This document shows positions 1 through 11,580 of a stretch of 64,000 nt of DNA, in pieces. Within the stretch, counting starts at the first letter, position 1. Each line of letters begins with the position of its first letter. A program made the translations under genes and the position numbers. Location of the stretch: the NCBI RefSeq assembly GCF_006345805.1, contig NC_043002.1:56606001-56670000 (forward strand), given 5' to 3'. Source of the stretch: Octopus sinensis (taxonomy: Eukaryota). Below the pieces are notes generated by a model. That model had not been told where the DNA came from and ran no database searches. It worked only from the letters and a program-made list of their open reading frames with translations.

Positions 1-910
1 AGTGCTGTGCCAAGCTTCTATGTCTGCTTGGGCACAGCCTCAACAGCCACATGCTCTTCCTAATGCCAATCACTTAACAAAATGTATTGAGTGCATTTTT
101 CATGGTATCAGCACGAGTGAGGCCACCAAATAACTTGCAACACTAAAAAGCTTCACTCAACCAAGTGGGAGTATAGCAGAGTATAGGTGGTCCACTGTTA
201 AGTGCCTGAGAGGCTAAAGTATCACAGAGAGATAAGAACAGGTGTTTTGCAGCAGAGGTGATACATGGCCACCCCTTATTATATAAGGATGGGTGCATGT
301 ACAGGAAAAAGAAAAAAAAAACCAAAAGAAAAAAAAATGAACACTGGATTATGGATGATGATAATCTAGCCATGGTGTTGGCAGTGGTGATGGTGACGAC
401 AGAGATGGGAAGCCGGAGAAGCTTTTACTGTCAACTGTAAACTTAATGTCAAGAATTACAGCAAATGACATTAATTTTCTATTCTGAAATGGCTGACATT
501 TGAACACAACCATTTTAAGATGTTAGCATATCTCTTTCTTTCTCTGCCTCTCTCTGTTGATATTGTTTTGTCATGAGCTACACCTGATGTTATTCATGTC
601 TCAGATATTGATATAGCCATGGGATGTTAATGGCCTTTTTATGAATAGAGTAATTCTATTTACTTAGTATCGTTATCATCATTATTATTATTAATTTTTA
701 AAAGTTTTAGTCTATAGCTTGCTATATTGTGACTGTTTGTCAGGCCAATGTCTATATTAAATTAAAAAACAAAACAAAACTTAATCTTCCCATGGATTAG
801 AAACAACAATCAGGCGAGTGCTTTCAATCTGGTCTCTATAACAGAAGAAAGAAATTGCAATGTAGATAAAACGAAGCTCTATAATAGTGGAAAACTTGCC
901 CAGGTTTGTT

Positions 911-1232
911 ATTCTTTTATTTGTTCCAGTCATTTGACTGCGGCCATGCTGGAGCACCGCTAAATGACAGGGACGTAAACACACCAGCATCGGTTGTCAA
1001 GCGATGTTGGGGGGACAAACACAGACACACAAACATATACATAGATACATACATACATATATATATATATACGAAGGGCTTCTTTCAGTTTCCGTCTACC
1101 AAATTCATTCCCAAGGCTTTGGTTGGTCCGAAGCTATAGTACAAGACACTTTCCCATGGTGCCACACAATGGGACTGAACCTGGAACCATGTGTTTGGTA
1201 AGCAAGCTTCTAACCACACAACCACTCCTGTG
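911..1232 (-). mobile_element. tRNA-headed SINE, near full length
   Basis: Reverse complement of the SINE family seen at 63485-63875 (head TGGCTGTGTGGTAAG...CAAGTGTCTT, tail AAATGACTGAAACAA). Confidence 0.8.
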
Positions 1233-1440
1233 CCTAATGTGTTTTTTTTTAGTTAGGTTAACTGAGGTAAGTAAAATTAATAAAATTTACTCAGCCAAAA
1301 CTAAACACAAAGCCTGATAAATTGGCGATGCCAACATCATAACTTTCCCAATATTGAAGACATTCCTGCCACCACTACCACCAGAACTGAATTGGAGTAA
1401 TGGAAATGAGTTTCAAGAATCAGGAATATACAAGAAAAGG

Positions 1441-1868
1441 GTGCAGGACTGGCTGTGTGGTTAAGAAACTTACTTCCAAACCGCCTGGTTTCTGGTTCAG
1501 TCCCACTGCATGCCACCTCAGGCAAGTGTCTTCTACTACATTCCCAAGCCAACCAAAGCCTTGCGAGTGGATTTGGTAGGTGAAAACTGAAAAGAAGCCT
1601 GCTGTATACATATGTATATGTGTGTACATGTCTGTGAGTTGGTGTTTTCTTATCTTGGCATTGTAGGATTGCTGTAAACGAGTGTCACTCTCATACAAGC
1701 AGTGTCCTTTTGTTTTCAGTCTTCCATAAAAATATATCCAGTCACAGGGAAGAATTTCCTTACTTGGAAACAGGTGAGGGTTGGTGATAGGAAGGGCATC
1801 CAGCTATAGAAACCTTGCCTCAACAAATTCCACGCGAGCATGGAAAAGTAGATGTTATGATGATGATC
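1441..1868 (+). mobile_element. tRNA-headed SINE with an RTE-type 3' tail
   Basis: Same head as the other SINE copies. The body ends GGAAGGGCATCCAGC...(TGA)n, which is shared with RTE 3' ends in this window. Confidence 0.7.
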
Positions 1869-2499
1869 ATGAAAAGGGGGCTACAAATTGTGGCATTCCA
1901 AAAAATTATAATGGTTATGTTAATTAAGAATATGAAAATATGGACAACTGTGCCAACAATAATACACTAGTACAGGAGTGGGGAGAGGTGACTTCTTGTT
2001 CAAACAGGAAAAAAGCTCTGATAAGCAAACAGACAACCTTGGCCAAGAAACAGGGTAAGGAACTGTTTCCCATTTCTGATGACCAAGACCTATATCTCAG
2101 GTAGGGACGTGTCATTCAACATAGACTTGCCATTAATGGATTCCATTTAAATAGCAAATAAGCAGATAAAAATAGTGCAATAGATAAGCTTGCAACAGTT
2201 AAGTGGCAGACATGAAAAACACTGGAAATAAACTAACAGTACATACATGTATAGAAGCTAGGTCAAGACTGGCCAAATTCTTGATTGTTGATCCCATCAC
2301 AGACTTACAGAGGCTTCATTGATCTCCTCCACCACAACTACCACCACCATCACATACAAAGTAAAATATGATAGTCTTGGAGTTTAGAGGAGTAAATTCA
2401 AATGAGAGATTTATATCATATTTATATTCATAAAAATTGATTTGGTTATATGAAATCATTGTTTTAACACCCACTCTCCCATGCTAGTATGAGTTAGAT

Positions 2500-2674
2500 C
2501 AGTGATTCTCAACTGGGGGATCATGCAAGCAAAATAGTAAATTGGGGATGTACAGTAGTATTTTTAAGGGTCCATGAAAAACATTTTGCCTTACATGTAT
2601 CTATTGCAAGAAACAGTTAGGTCTCTTTCTCTGACGTTTTACATAATTCAACTTAAACTGGTTGAGAATTACTG
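2500..2674. mobile_element. hAT-type MITE
   Basis: TIRs CAGTGATTCTCAAC / GTTGAGAATTACTG; 8-bp TSD AGTTAGAT/AATTAGAT. Confidence 0.7.
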
Positions 2675-3121
2675 AATTAGATATTCTATGACTGGATACT
2701 CTTCCTGTAGCCAACCCTTACTCTTTCCAAGGAAGGAAATGTTTCACCAAGGTCAGATATGTTTTCACAGAGATTAGAAACAAAAAGACACTGCTTGTAT
2801 GATGATGACACTCGTTTACAACTGTCAAATGGTGTCCAGACATGGAGACATAAATGCACACACATCAGCAACGAATATGACATCTGATATGTGACTCTCT
2901 ATGCACCAGTACTGGCCATGTCAATTTGATGGAGACAGAATGAGCTAATGTACAGCATAAACATTTGATCACTATAAACAAATCCTATGTGCAGGTTGTT
3001 CAGCAAACCGGTGACTCAATATGATCCTGGCTTTCAGTTCTTGCTGAATCCTCAACTGTGTTTATATGTACATTTGTGTATTTATAAATATATACAGATG
3101 ATAGTGTTCCAAAGGGAAAAC

Positions 3122-4600
3122 TGCATCATTATCATCATTGTTTAACATCTGCTTTCCATACCGGCATGGGTTGGACGGTTCAACTGAGAACTGGCAAGGC
3201 AGGAGGCTGCACCAGGCACCAATCTGATTTGGCAAGGTTTCTACAGCTGGATGCTCTTCCTAATGTCAACCACTCCGAGAGTGTAGTGGGTGCTTTTGAC
3301 ATGCCACCACCATAGGTGCTACTGACATTGGCCACGACTACAATTTCACTCAGTTCAACAGGTCTTCACAAGCATGGCATATCATGCACTGATTGAACAG
3401 TGCTTTTAAACGGGCCAGTTATGCAACAATGGCATTGGCTATGACTACAATCTCACTTGGTTTGCTGGGTCTTCTCAAGCATGACATATCCCCAAAAGTC
3501 TTGGTCACTTGTCATTGCATCTGTGAGGCCCACCTCATCCCAGGTCTTCCTGGGTCTACCTCTTCCACAGGTTCCCTCCATTGTTAAGGTGTGACACTTC
3601 TTCACACAGCTGTCTTCATCCATATGCATCACATGATCATATTAGCACAGTTGTTACTCTTGCATACCATAACTGATGCTTCTTATGCCCAGCTTTTCTC
3701 TTAGGGCACTTACACTGTCGTGCATGCACACTGACATTATTTGTCCAACGGAGCATACTAGCTTCATTTCTTTTAAGACTACGCATGTCTTCAGCAGTTA
3801 CAGCTCATGTTTCACTGCTGTGTAGCATGGCTGTTTGGACACAGGCATCATACAGTGTACCTTTCACCCTGGGGGAGAGGCACTTTGTTACCAGCAGATG
3901 TAGGAAATCTTTGAACTTTGCTCAGCCTATTCTTATTCTAGCAGCTATACTCTCAGAGCATTCACCCCACTACTAACTTAGTCACTTAGGTAACAGAAGC
4001 TATCAACTACTTCTAGTTTCTCCCCCTGGCATGTGATGGAATCTGTTTTTTGTACATTTTCAGAGTTTATTACAGCTGTGCATTTTCCACACACAAAAAC
4101 TATCTTCTTAGTTAACCTTTGTTATTGCTACACCTCTTTTATGTCCTTAGCTTACACTGCGTACATCTTACAGAGGTATTTCCTATACCTTTTCTACAGA
4201 TTGAGCAAGGTCTCTACCTGAAGGGATTCGTGATTTGTCCACCTTCCTACTTACTAAGACTTTGGTTTTTGCTAGGTTAACTCTAAGGCCCTTCAATTCT
4301 ATACCTTGCTTCCAAACCTGAAACTTCTACTCTAGTTCTAGTAGTGACTCAGCTAAGAGCAAGTTCATCAGTATAGAGAAGCTCCCAGGGGCAGCTTGTC
4401 TTGAATTTCTCTGTTATTGCCTGGAGGACTATGATGAACAAGAAGGGGCTGAGGACTGATCCTTGGTGAACCCCTACTTCTACCCGGAATTTTTTGCTAT
4501 ACTTATTGCCAACATCCCTGTACATGGCTTGTACAGCTCTCACCAACCACTCATCTATCCCTAGTTTCCGCATTGACAACCAGATAAGGGATTGGAGTTG
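3122..4600 (-). mobile_element. RTE-clade LINE, degenerate 3' part with internal deletions
   Basis: RT peptide WLVRAVQAMYRD...GVHQGSVLSPFLFIIVLQAITEKFKTSCPWELLYTDELAL, and a 3' end with a (TGA)n tail at 3122. Confidence 0.85.
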
Positions 4601-5049
4601 GATAAGGTGACTGACAGTACAGAAAAGAGGCAGAAGGTGAAGAGCAGCAAATAATAGTAACATAGTAGACAGAAGCACTGGTGCTGGTGCCATGTAAAAA
4701 GCACCAAGTCCACTCTGTAAAGTGGTTGGCATTAGGAAGGGCATCCAGCTGTAGAAACCATGCCAAAACAGATGATGGCACTTGGTGTGGCCTCTGGCCT
4801 TACCAGCTCCTGTCAAACTGTCCTACCCATACTGTAATGGAAAATGGAGGTTAAATGATAATGATGATGATGATGATGGCAGTGGAGGTGAGATATTTGG
4901 TGGCTCAAGGTTACAGCAATTAATGTAATGTTAGTGGTGATGTATGTAGTTCTGCTTACATTTAATTACAGTAGTAAAACACTGCAGTTAGAAAGAAATA
5001 ATGGGTGCCAAGGATGGTGTGAAGACAAATTAGGCAACGGGTTCTAGTT

Positions 5050-6400
5050 GTGCAGATATTCATATATAAGATTAGTTGAAATTTGCAGAAAAACAAAAGA
5101 CAAAGACAGGTGTATGAACAATAAGCAAATGTTTTAGTTTGATGCTCGGGAAAGTGAGAAAGTCTTTTATGCTTCGAGCCTATGCTCTTCAACAGAAAGG
5201 AATAAGAGAAAATAAACAGAGAGAGAATACGAAAATGTGTGGATTTAGCGATCAAACATGGTGACTGGTTTGAAAACAAAGGTTTGAAGGTGTGCATGCG
5301 TGTAAGGTGTGGTGTGGATGAGGGTTTGGGGTGGAGGTGTGGGTGGAAAGGGTATCAACGAAAGAAGGTGGGTAGGGGTTGAAGAAGGAGGGGAGTTGAG
5401 CCCATATGGTGCAAATGAGCGAAGAGAGAAGTTTAATTCCTGTTCATGGTGAAGGTTGTAGTCTGTATGGCCCCTGTGCAAAGACAATCCGAACAGAGAG
5501 GTGTTGTAGTGAATGACCAGTAGAGTGGAAATGGCATGAGATGGGGTGATATCTCAGAGGTGCTCTATAAACCAGTCAGCTAAGCGGCATCCCACTTGAC
5601 TGATGTATAGAGAAGGCCAGGAGATGCAGTAAATGATGTTGATAGAAGTGCAGGTAAAGGAGCCAGTGATATGATAGGGATGATAATGGGGGTGTTGGAG
5701 AGGTAGGAGCAAGTGTGGTAGTGTGGGTGGGAGCAGAGGAATGAGCTAGGTGGGGTTAGGGAAGAAATTGTAGACCAGGAGGTTATGCAGGTTGTGGGCT
5801 CGTTTGAAAGAGGGAAGGGGTAGGCTGGGAAAGATGTGCAAGTGGAGGGGTTGGACTGGAGTCGCCAGAAGGCTTGGAGAATGGTGTGTAGGAGGGGTGG
5901 TAGGTGAGGGGAAATGGGAGATGGGCAATGGCGGGACAGGTGCAGGGAGAGGCAGCAGAAGCATGGTCCAGGGAATGTGTGGATAGTGGTGAAAGGATAT
6001 ACATGAAGGATGAAGTGGTGAGCCAGGAATTGAGACTGAGTCTCAAAGTCATGGTTGCCACAGCAGAGCCTGTACAGATAGAAGAATTGGGAGTAAGGGA
6101 TGGAGAGCTTCATGTGGGTAGGGTGGGAAGAGGAGAAGTTAAGGTATGAGTGTGAGTTGGTGTGTTTGTAGTGGATGGAGGTAGTGAGAGTGGTGTAGTG
6201 TATGCTAACTGAAATGTCAAGAAATGTGATGGAAGTGTTGAAAATAGTGCAGGAGAATTCGAGGGCAGGATGGAAGGATTGGACAAAAGAGAGGAAAGAG
6301 TCTAGTTGTTTGCGGGAGAGTGAGGTCTCACCGACAGTCATCAATATAACAACTATATAGTTCAGGAGTGGGACCAGTAAATTGTGAGAATATTTGGGCC
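5050..6400 (-). mobile_element. Penelope-like element relic (RT thumb, GIY-YIG endonuclease and 3' pseudo-LTR)
   Basis: FHPALEFS...FLDISVSI...SYLNFSSSHPTHMKLSIPYSQ is the PLE RT C-terminus. FTCTSINIIYCIS..LYISQVGCRLADWFIEHL and EQELNFSLRSFAPYGLN are GIY-YIG motifs. Confidence 0.85.
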
Positions 6401-6439
6401 TCAACATAGCCAACAAACAGGTTCGCATAGTTGGGGTCC

Positions 6440-7545
6440 ATTCTCGACATACATACACACACCTTGTGCTTCCAGAATCTCAGTTTTGCCAAGATGGGTA
6501 GGTCTACTCAAGAACTGTATATTGTTGAACATTCCAGTCCTTTCTCATCTCCACCATAAAATTCAAGGTCATGAGATCAGCCTTCACCATTTAGTCCCAT
6601 GTCTTCCTGAATCTCCCTCTTCTGCAAGTTTCATCCACATTAAGTAATTTACAGCTATCCTCATCCATGTGCACCACATGTCCATACCAGTGCAATCTTC
6701 TTTCTTGCACACAACATATGATGCCTCATATGCCCAGTTCTCTCTCAACACATTTGCACATGCACACTTACATTGCTTTGTAGCCTTGTTAAATCCCCTA
6801 CCTTCAAGGACGTCTCACGATCATGCAATCTGCCCTTCACTCCAAGGAAAGAGACTTCTGTTGCCAGCAGTGGTAGAAGCACCTCAAAATTTTTCCCATC
6901 TGTTCTTACTCTCCCCACAACCTTTTTGGAACAACCACTGCACTTGCTAATTTTATCTTAGGAACAAAAGTTATCGACTGCTTCTATGCTCATAACATAT
7001 ACTGCTCCAGTGCAAGTCACATATAAAGCATGCTTACTCTGTTAGTTTGCCTGTGATTCCGATATACCTCTTGTGTATTCAGAGCTTACATTGGATAAAA
7101 CATGGAGTTTATACCTTCTCTTTTTCTGCATATCAAGCAAGGCCATTTTCCTGAAGATACCAGAGTTTTGCCTGCTTTCCTAGTTACTAAATCCTTCATC
7201 TCTGTTAGATTTACCTTAAAACCTCTCACTTCTAGGCTTAGTTTCCACGGTTGAAATTTCCCACTCTCCCTATTCATTCAATTACGAGAACTAAATCAGC
7301 ATATAGGAGTTTCCATGGACAACCACTCTTAAACTCGTCTGTGATGGCCTATAAACTATAATGAACAGGAGAGGACTGAGGACTGACTCCTGATGGACTC
7401 TACTTTCGTGCTAAATTAATTGTTGACTTTACTTACTGCATCTTTGTGCATAGCAATTTGTCTACATCTAGTTTCTTTAGCGACCACCAAGTAACTAAAT
7501 GTGGTACCCTAACAAATGCTTTCTCCAGACAACAAGTACCATAAA
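6440..7545 (-). mobile_element. RTE-clade LINE fragment
   Basis: RGFKVNL...SSGKWPCLICRK plus the downstream RTE C-terminal region, similar to the 8.3-10.8 kb copy. Confidence 0.75.
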
Positions 7546-7589
7546 TAGTGGTTATATATAGTTGGGCCTAATGGAGTCAAAGAGGCGCT

Positions 7590-7915
7590 GAGTTCCCTTC
7601 GAGTGTTAGGCCTCACAGAGGTGGATGAGTTCCTTTCGACTGCTGGGCCTCATGGAAGCAAAGTAGCTGAATTCCTTTTGAGTGTTGGGCCTCATGGAGG
7701 CAATGACCAAGATCTTTGGCATTATGTTGTGCTTGAGAAGAAGACCCTGGCAGATACTGGTGTCACGCAAATCGGCACCTGTGCCAGTGGAATGTAAATA
7801 TACCCTGGTATTATGCAAATGGCGTGTAAAAGCACCATTTACACTCTCTGAGTGGCTGGCGCCAGGAAGGGCATCCAGCCTTCCAGCATGGACAATGGGT
7901 GTTAAATTATGATGA
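7590..7915 (+). mobile_element. RTE 3'-end fragment with three tandem ~38-bp units
   Basis: LGLTEAMTK..LWHYVVLEKK, GAGTTCCTTTCGAGTGTTGGGCCTCA repeats and a (TGA)n tail. A related copy lies at 42435-42792. Confidence 0.7.
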
Positions 7916-8282
7916 TGTTCCGTTACTGGTAGGATTCACAAAAAATGTACGGCATCCAGAGGGAGACATAAGTATAATTTACTACACTTGGTATTTAAAT
8001 ATGAGTTACTATTAGATTCATGTTGCAAAACTCAATAAATTGGCAGATTTATATGTCATGCCTTGTGCCTTCAAGCAATCATTGAGGCTCAGCCTGAAAC
8101 TAACAGTAGCTCATATTTAAACACTATAAATCAAATGAATTATATAATGTCATGTGATCAACCAAACTACTGGATGTTGTTATGTATTGCTGATCACAAT
8201 GTGCTTTGCAGCATTTTAGCTTCTGAATGCTGCCACCCTGCAGGCTAGGCGAACAGGTCAATATGTATATATTCAGAAAACA

Positions 8283-9236
8283 AAGCGGCTTGGAGAAGCC
8301 ATTATGAAAGAGTGCTGAACGTGGAGAATGAAGGGGTGGAGGAGAGCCTGCTAAATGTTGACCCAGTAGAGGAACCAACTATCTGAATAGACAACTCCCT
8401 GGTAGATAAAGCAATTAAGGATATGAAGCCAGGAATCACTGCTGAGATGCTTAAAACACCTGGTGGTGTGGGCTATGGTCTAGTCATCTGTATTGTAAAC
8501 CAGGTAGTAGCACCATAGTCAACTGCTACAAAGGTAAAGGTGATGCTTTAGATAGAAATAACTACAGGGGTATCAAACTGCTGGATCAGGTGATGAAAGT
8601 CACAGAGAGGGTCATAGCCCAACTAATTAGGGAGAGGGTCTGCTTAGATGAGATGTAGTTCAGTTTAGTGCCAGGCAAAAGCACCACTGATGCTATATTC
8701 CTGGTATGGCAACTGCAGGAGAAATACCTAGCCTAAGATAAACCCCAATACTTGGCTTTTATGGACTTGGAGAAAGCCTTTGACAGGGTCCCCGGATCCC
8801 TTATCTGGTGGGCGATATGGAAACTGGGGATTGACGAATGGTTAATAAAGGCTGTACAGGCCCTATACAGAGATGCTGTTAGTAAAGTTAGGGTTGGTAA
8901 TGAGTATAGTGAAGAATTCTGGGTAGAAAGAGGGGTTCACCAAGGATCAGCTCTCAGCCCCCTCTTATTCATCATAGTCCTCCAGGCAATAACAGAGGAA
9001 TTCAAGACAGGTTACCCCTGGGAGCTCCTCTATGCTGATAACCTGGCCCTCATAGCAGAATCACTATCAGAACTAGAGAAGAAATTTCAGGTGTGGAAGC
9101 AGGGTTTAGAATCGAAGGGCCTTAGAGTCAATGTCGCAAAGACCAAAGTTCTAGTAAGTAGGAAGGCGAACACATCACACACCCCTTCAGGTAGGTGGCC
9201 CTGCTTGATCTGTAGAAAAGGTGTAGGTAGAAATTC
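8283..9236 (+). mobile_element. RTE LINE, RT domain (5' part of the interrupted copy)
   Basis: AFMDLEKAFDRVP...GVHQGSALSPLLFIIVLQAITEEF...LLYADNLALI...GRWPCLICRKGVGRNS. Confidence 0.92.
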
Positions 9237-10106
9237 TGTCACTCCTCGCGGTGATATAGAGGATCTTCGTTGATGCCTCCACCAAATTTGGAGATGGTCT
9301 AACGAATGGGACCTGTGTCTGAACGTGTCAAAGTGCTGTCATCTGCCTGTTGGCTCTCCTCCTGCAACTCAACTTGATTTCGAGCTGGGTCGTCTGCTGC
9401 TGGAGAGGACCGATCAGGTAAAGGACCTGGGTATCTTGGTGGATTCCTCCTTTTCACCTTCGGCCCAGTGCGTCCATGCTGCCAACAAAGCACGCGGAAT
9501 TCTGTTCTTGATTCGACAGGCATTCAGAATGCTCACCGCAGCCATATTCCTAACGCTCTATGTCACGCTGGTGAGACCCATATTGGAGTATGGGATTCAA
9601 GCCTCTTCTCCTTATCTCCTCAAAGACATACAGCATCTCGAAAGAGTCCAGAAGCTGGCTACCCGCATGGTTCTTGGTCTCAAGAATTTGTCTTATGAAG
9701 AAAAGCTGAAGACGCTCGACCTTTATTCTCTAGAAAAACGCAGACGCCGTGGAGATCTCATTCTTGCTCACAACATCATAAGCGGAAAGTGTAACCTCTC
9801 GAAAGAGCTGTTCTTCACTCCTGCTCCAGAGCGTCGGCTGCGGGGTCATTCCGAAAAGCTCTATCTGCGACGATTTCATCTCAATCGAAGGAGAGGGGCT
9901 TTCTTCGTTCGGGTTGCGGATCCGTGGAATAAGCTGCCAGACGAGATGGTGAAGATGCCGACGACTGCTTGGTTCAAAGTCTCCCTTGACCTCAAGTGGC
10001 CTGAACTCTTTACATGAACACCACTCTGTACATAACTCCATGCCCCTCTACATGGCCTTGCTTTTTGCTTTTTGAGCCAAAAAATTAACTAACTAACTAA
10101 CTAACT
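9237..10106 (+). mobile_element. Young CR1/L2-group LINE 3' fragment nested inside the RTE
   Basis: A 230-aa open ORF (VKDLGILVD...LYVTLVRPILEYG...LERVQKLATRMV...LYSLEKRRRRGDLI), CpG-rich, with a (TAAC)5 tail at 10086-10106. Confidence 0.92.
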
Positions 10107-11260
10107 ACCCAGTGTAAGCTATGGACACATAAGAGGTGCAGCAACATCAAAAGAAGATTAACCGGGAAGATAGCTTTCATGTGCAGCAGATGCACAGGGG
10201 CATTAAACACCACAGCTACTCGGAAAACAGATTCCATCACATGACAGGGGGAGAAACTAAAAGTAGTTGATAGCTTCTGCTACCTAGGTGACCAAGTCAG
10301 TAGTGAGGGCAGATGCTCAGAGAGTGTTACCACCAGAATAAGAATAGCCTGGGCAAAGTTCAAAAAGCTTCTACCCCTACTAGTGACAAAGGGCCTCTCA
10401 CTCAGAGTGAAACGTAGATTGTATGATGCATGTGTGTCATGCTTCATGGCTGCAAAACATGGGTTGTGACCGCAGAAGACATGTGTAGGCTCGAAAGAAA
10501 TGAAGCTAGCATGATCTGTTGGATGTGTAATGTCAGTGTGTACACATGACAGAGTGTAAGCGCTCTGAGAGAAATGCTGAACATAAGAAGCATCGGATGT
10601 GGTGTGCAAGAGAGACATTTGTGTTGGTATTGTCATGCACTACAGAAGGATGAGGAGAGCTGTGTAAAGAAGTGCCACTCCCAAACAGTGGAAGGAACTG
10701 TGGTAGAGGGAGACTCAGGAAGACATGGGGTGAGGTGGTGAAGCATGATCTTTGAACGTTGGGCCTCACAGAGACAATGACGAAAGACTGAAACCTCTGG
10801 ATATATGCTGTGACTGAGAAGACCTGGTAAATAAAGTGAGTTCACAGCTGTAACCTACACCAGTGTCGCATAACCACCCCACTCAAAAAGTACCTTGGAT
10901 CGTAGGGTAACATGCTGTGCTTCAGGAAACCTATTGAGTCAAGTACATCAAAATGAAAATCAAATGGAAATCATAGTTGTGGTCCCTGTGTCGGTGGCAT
11001 ATAAAAAGCACCATCTAAACATGGCCGAAGCCAGTGCTGCCTTGACTGGCTCCTGTGTCAGTGGCATGTAAAAAGCACCATCTGATCATGGTCAATGCCA
11101 GCCCCCTCTGGCTCCTGAGTGGTTGGTGTTAGGAAGGGCATCCAGCTGTAGAAACACTGCCAGATCAGACTGGAGCCTGGTGCAGCCTCTTTGCTTCCCA
11201 GACCACTGTTGAACTGTCCAACCCATGCCAGCATGGAAAATGGACATTAAATGATGATGA
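10107..11260 (+). mobile_element. RTE LINE, 3' part and 3' UTR (continuation after the CR1 insertion)
   Basis: Resumes at TQCKLWTHKRCSNIK...RIAWAKFKKLLPLLVTKGLSLRVK. The 3' UTR carries GTGGCATGTAAAAAGCACC repeats and a (TGA)n tail. Confidence 0.9.
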
Positions 11261-11354
11261 TATATATACATACAGAGTGCGGTGAATAAATTGCCGTCTA
11301 AATTACACAAAAATGAAAATAACACTGATATCTCATTCTAAAAGATATATTTAC

Positions 11355-11580
11355 CAAAATATACCCAACTGTACCAGACTGCAACCCCCTTGATTATTAT
11401 GTAACCTGGCGATGGACCTGATTGACTTGGAGGAATCGTTGTCATGGATCTCACCAACATATTCAGGAGTTCTTTTCTCATCAGAACAATACAAGTGAGT
11501 TTCCCAAGCTGCCGTACCTTCATAATCACCATTAGATTCATCCAGCTGTTTCTGAATCCTCAGATTAACACCCAAACACT
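11355..11580 (-). CDS. Minus-strand gene, probable exon 2 (E-CLGVNLRIQKQLDESNGDYEGTAAWETHLYCSDEKRTPEYVGEIHDNDSSKSIRSIARLHNNQGGCSLVQL...)
   Basis: Acceptor CATTTCAG at 11588-11581. Only the phase-1 frame is open, matching exon 1. The sequence is non-repetitive with coding-like composition. The donor is uncertain (GTAAAT at 11354 or GTATAT at 11364). Confidence 0.55.

Noticed and set aside
1290-1386. Minus-strand segment SGGSGGRNVFNIGK, resembling the FtsH/AFG3 linker, as a possible exon
   Set aside because: There is a plausible acceptor but no good donor and no following AAA domain. A short Gly-rich match can arise by chance.
2295-2345. 29-nt minus-strand micro-exon VVVEEINEAS with a GTAAGT donor
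   Set aside because: The acceptor lacks an adjacent pyrimidine tract and lies in a GGT repeat. There is no supporting evidence.
5746-6149. Pro/Gly-rich alternative-frame and antisense ORFs
   Set aside because: They are by-products of the C/G-skewed Penelope-like relic.
7580-7710. Regularly spaced ~38-bp repeats suggesting a CRISPR-like array
   Set aside because: There are no unique spacers. These are degenerate tandem units of an RTE 3' end in a eukaryotic genome.
11440-11475. EYVGEI as part of a SET domain
   Set aside because: The flanking SET motifs (GWG, NHSC) are missing.
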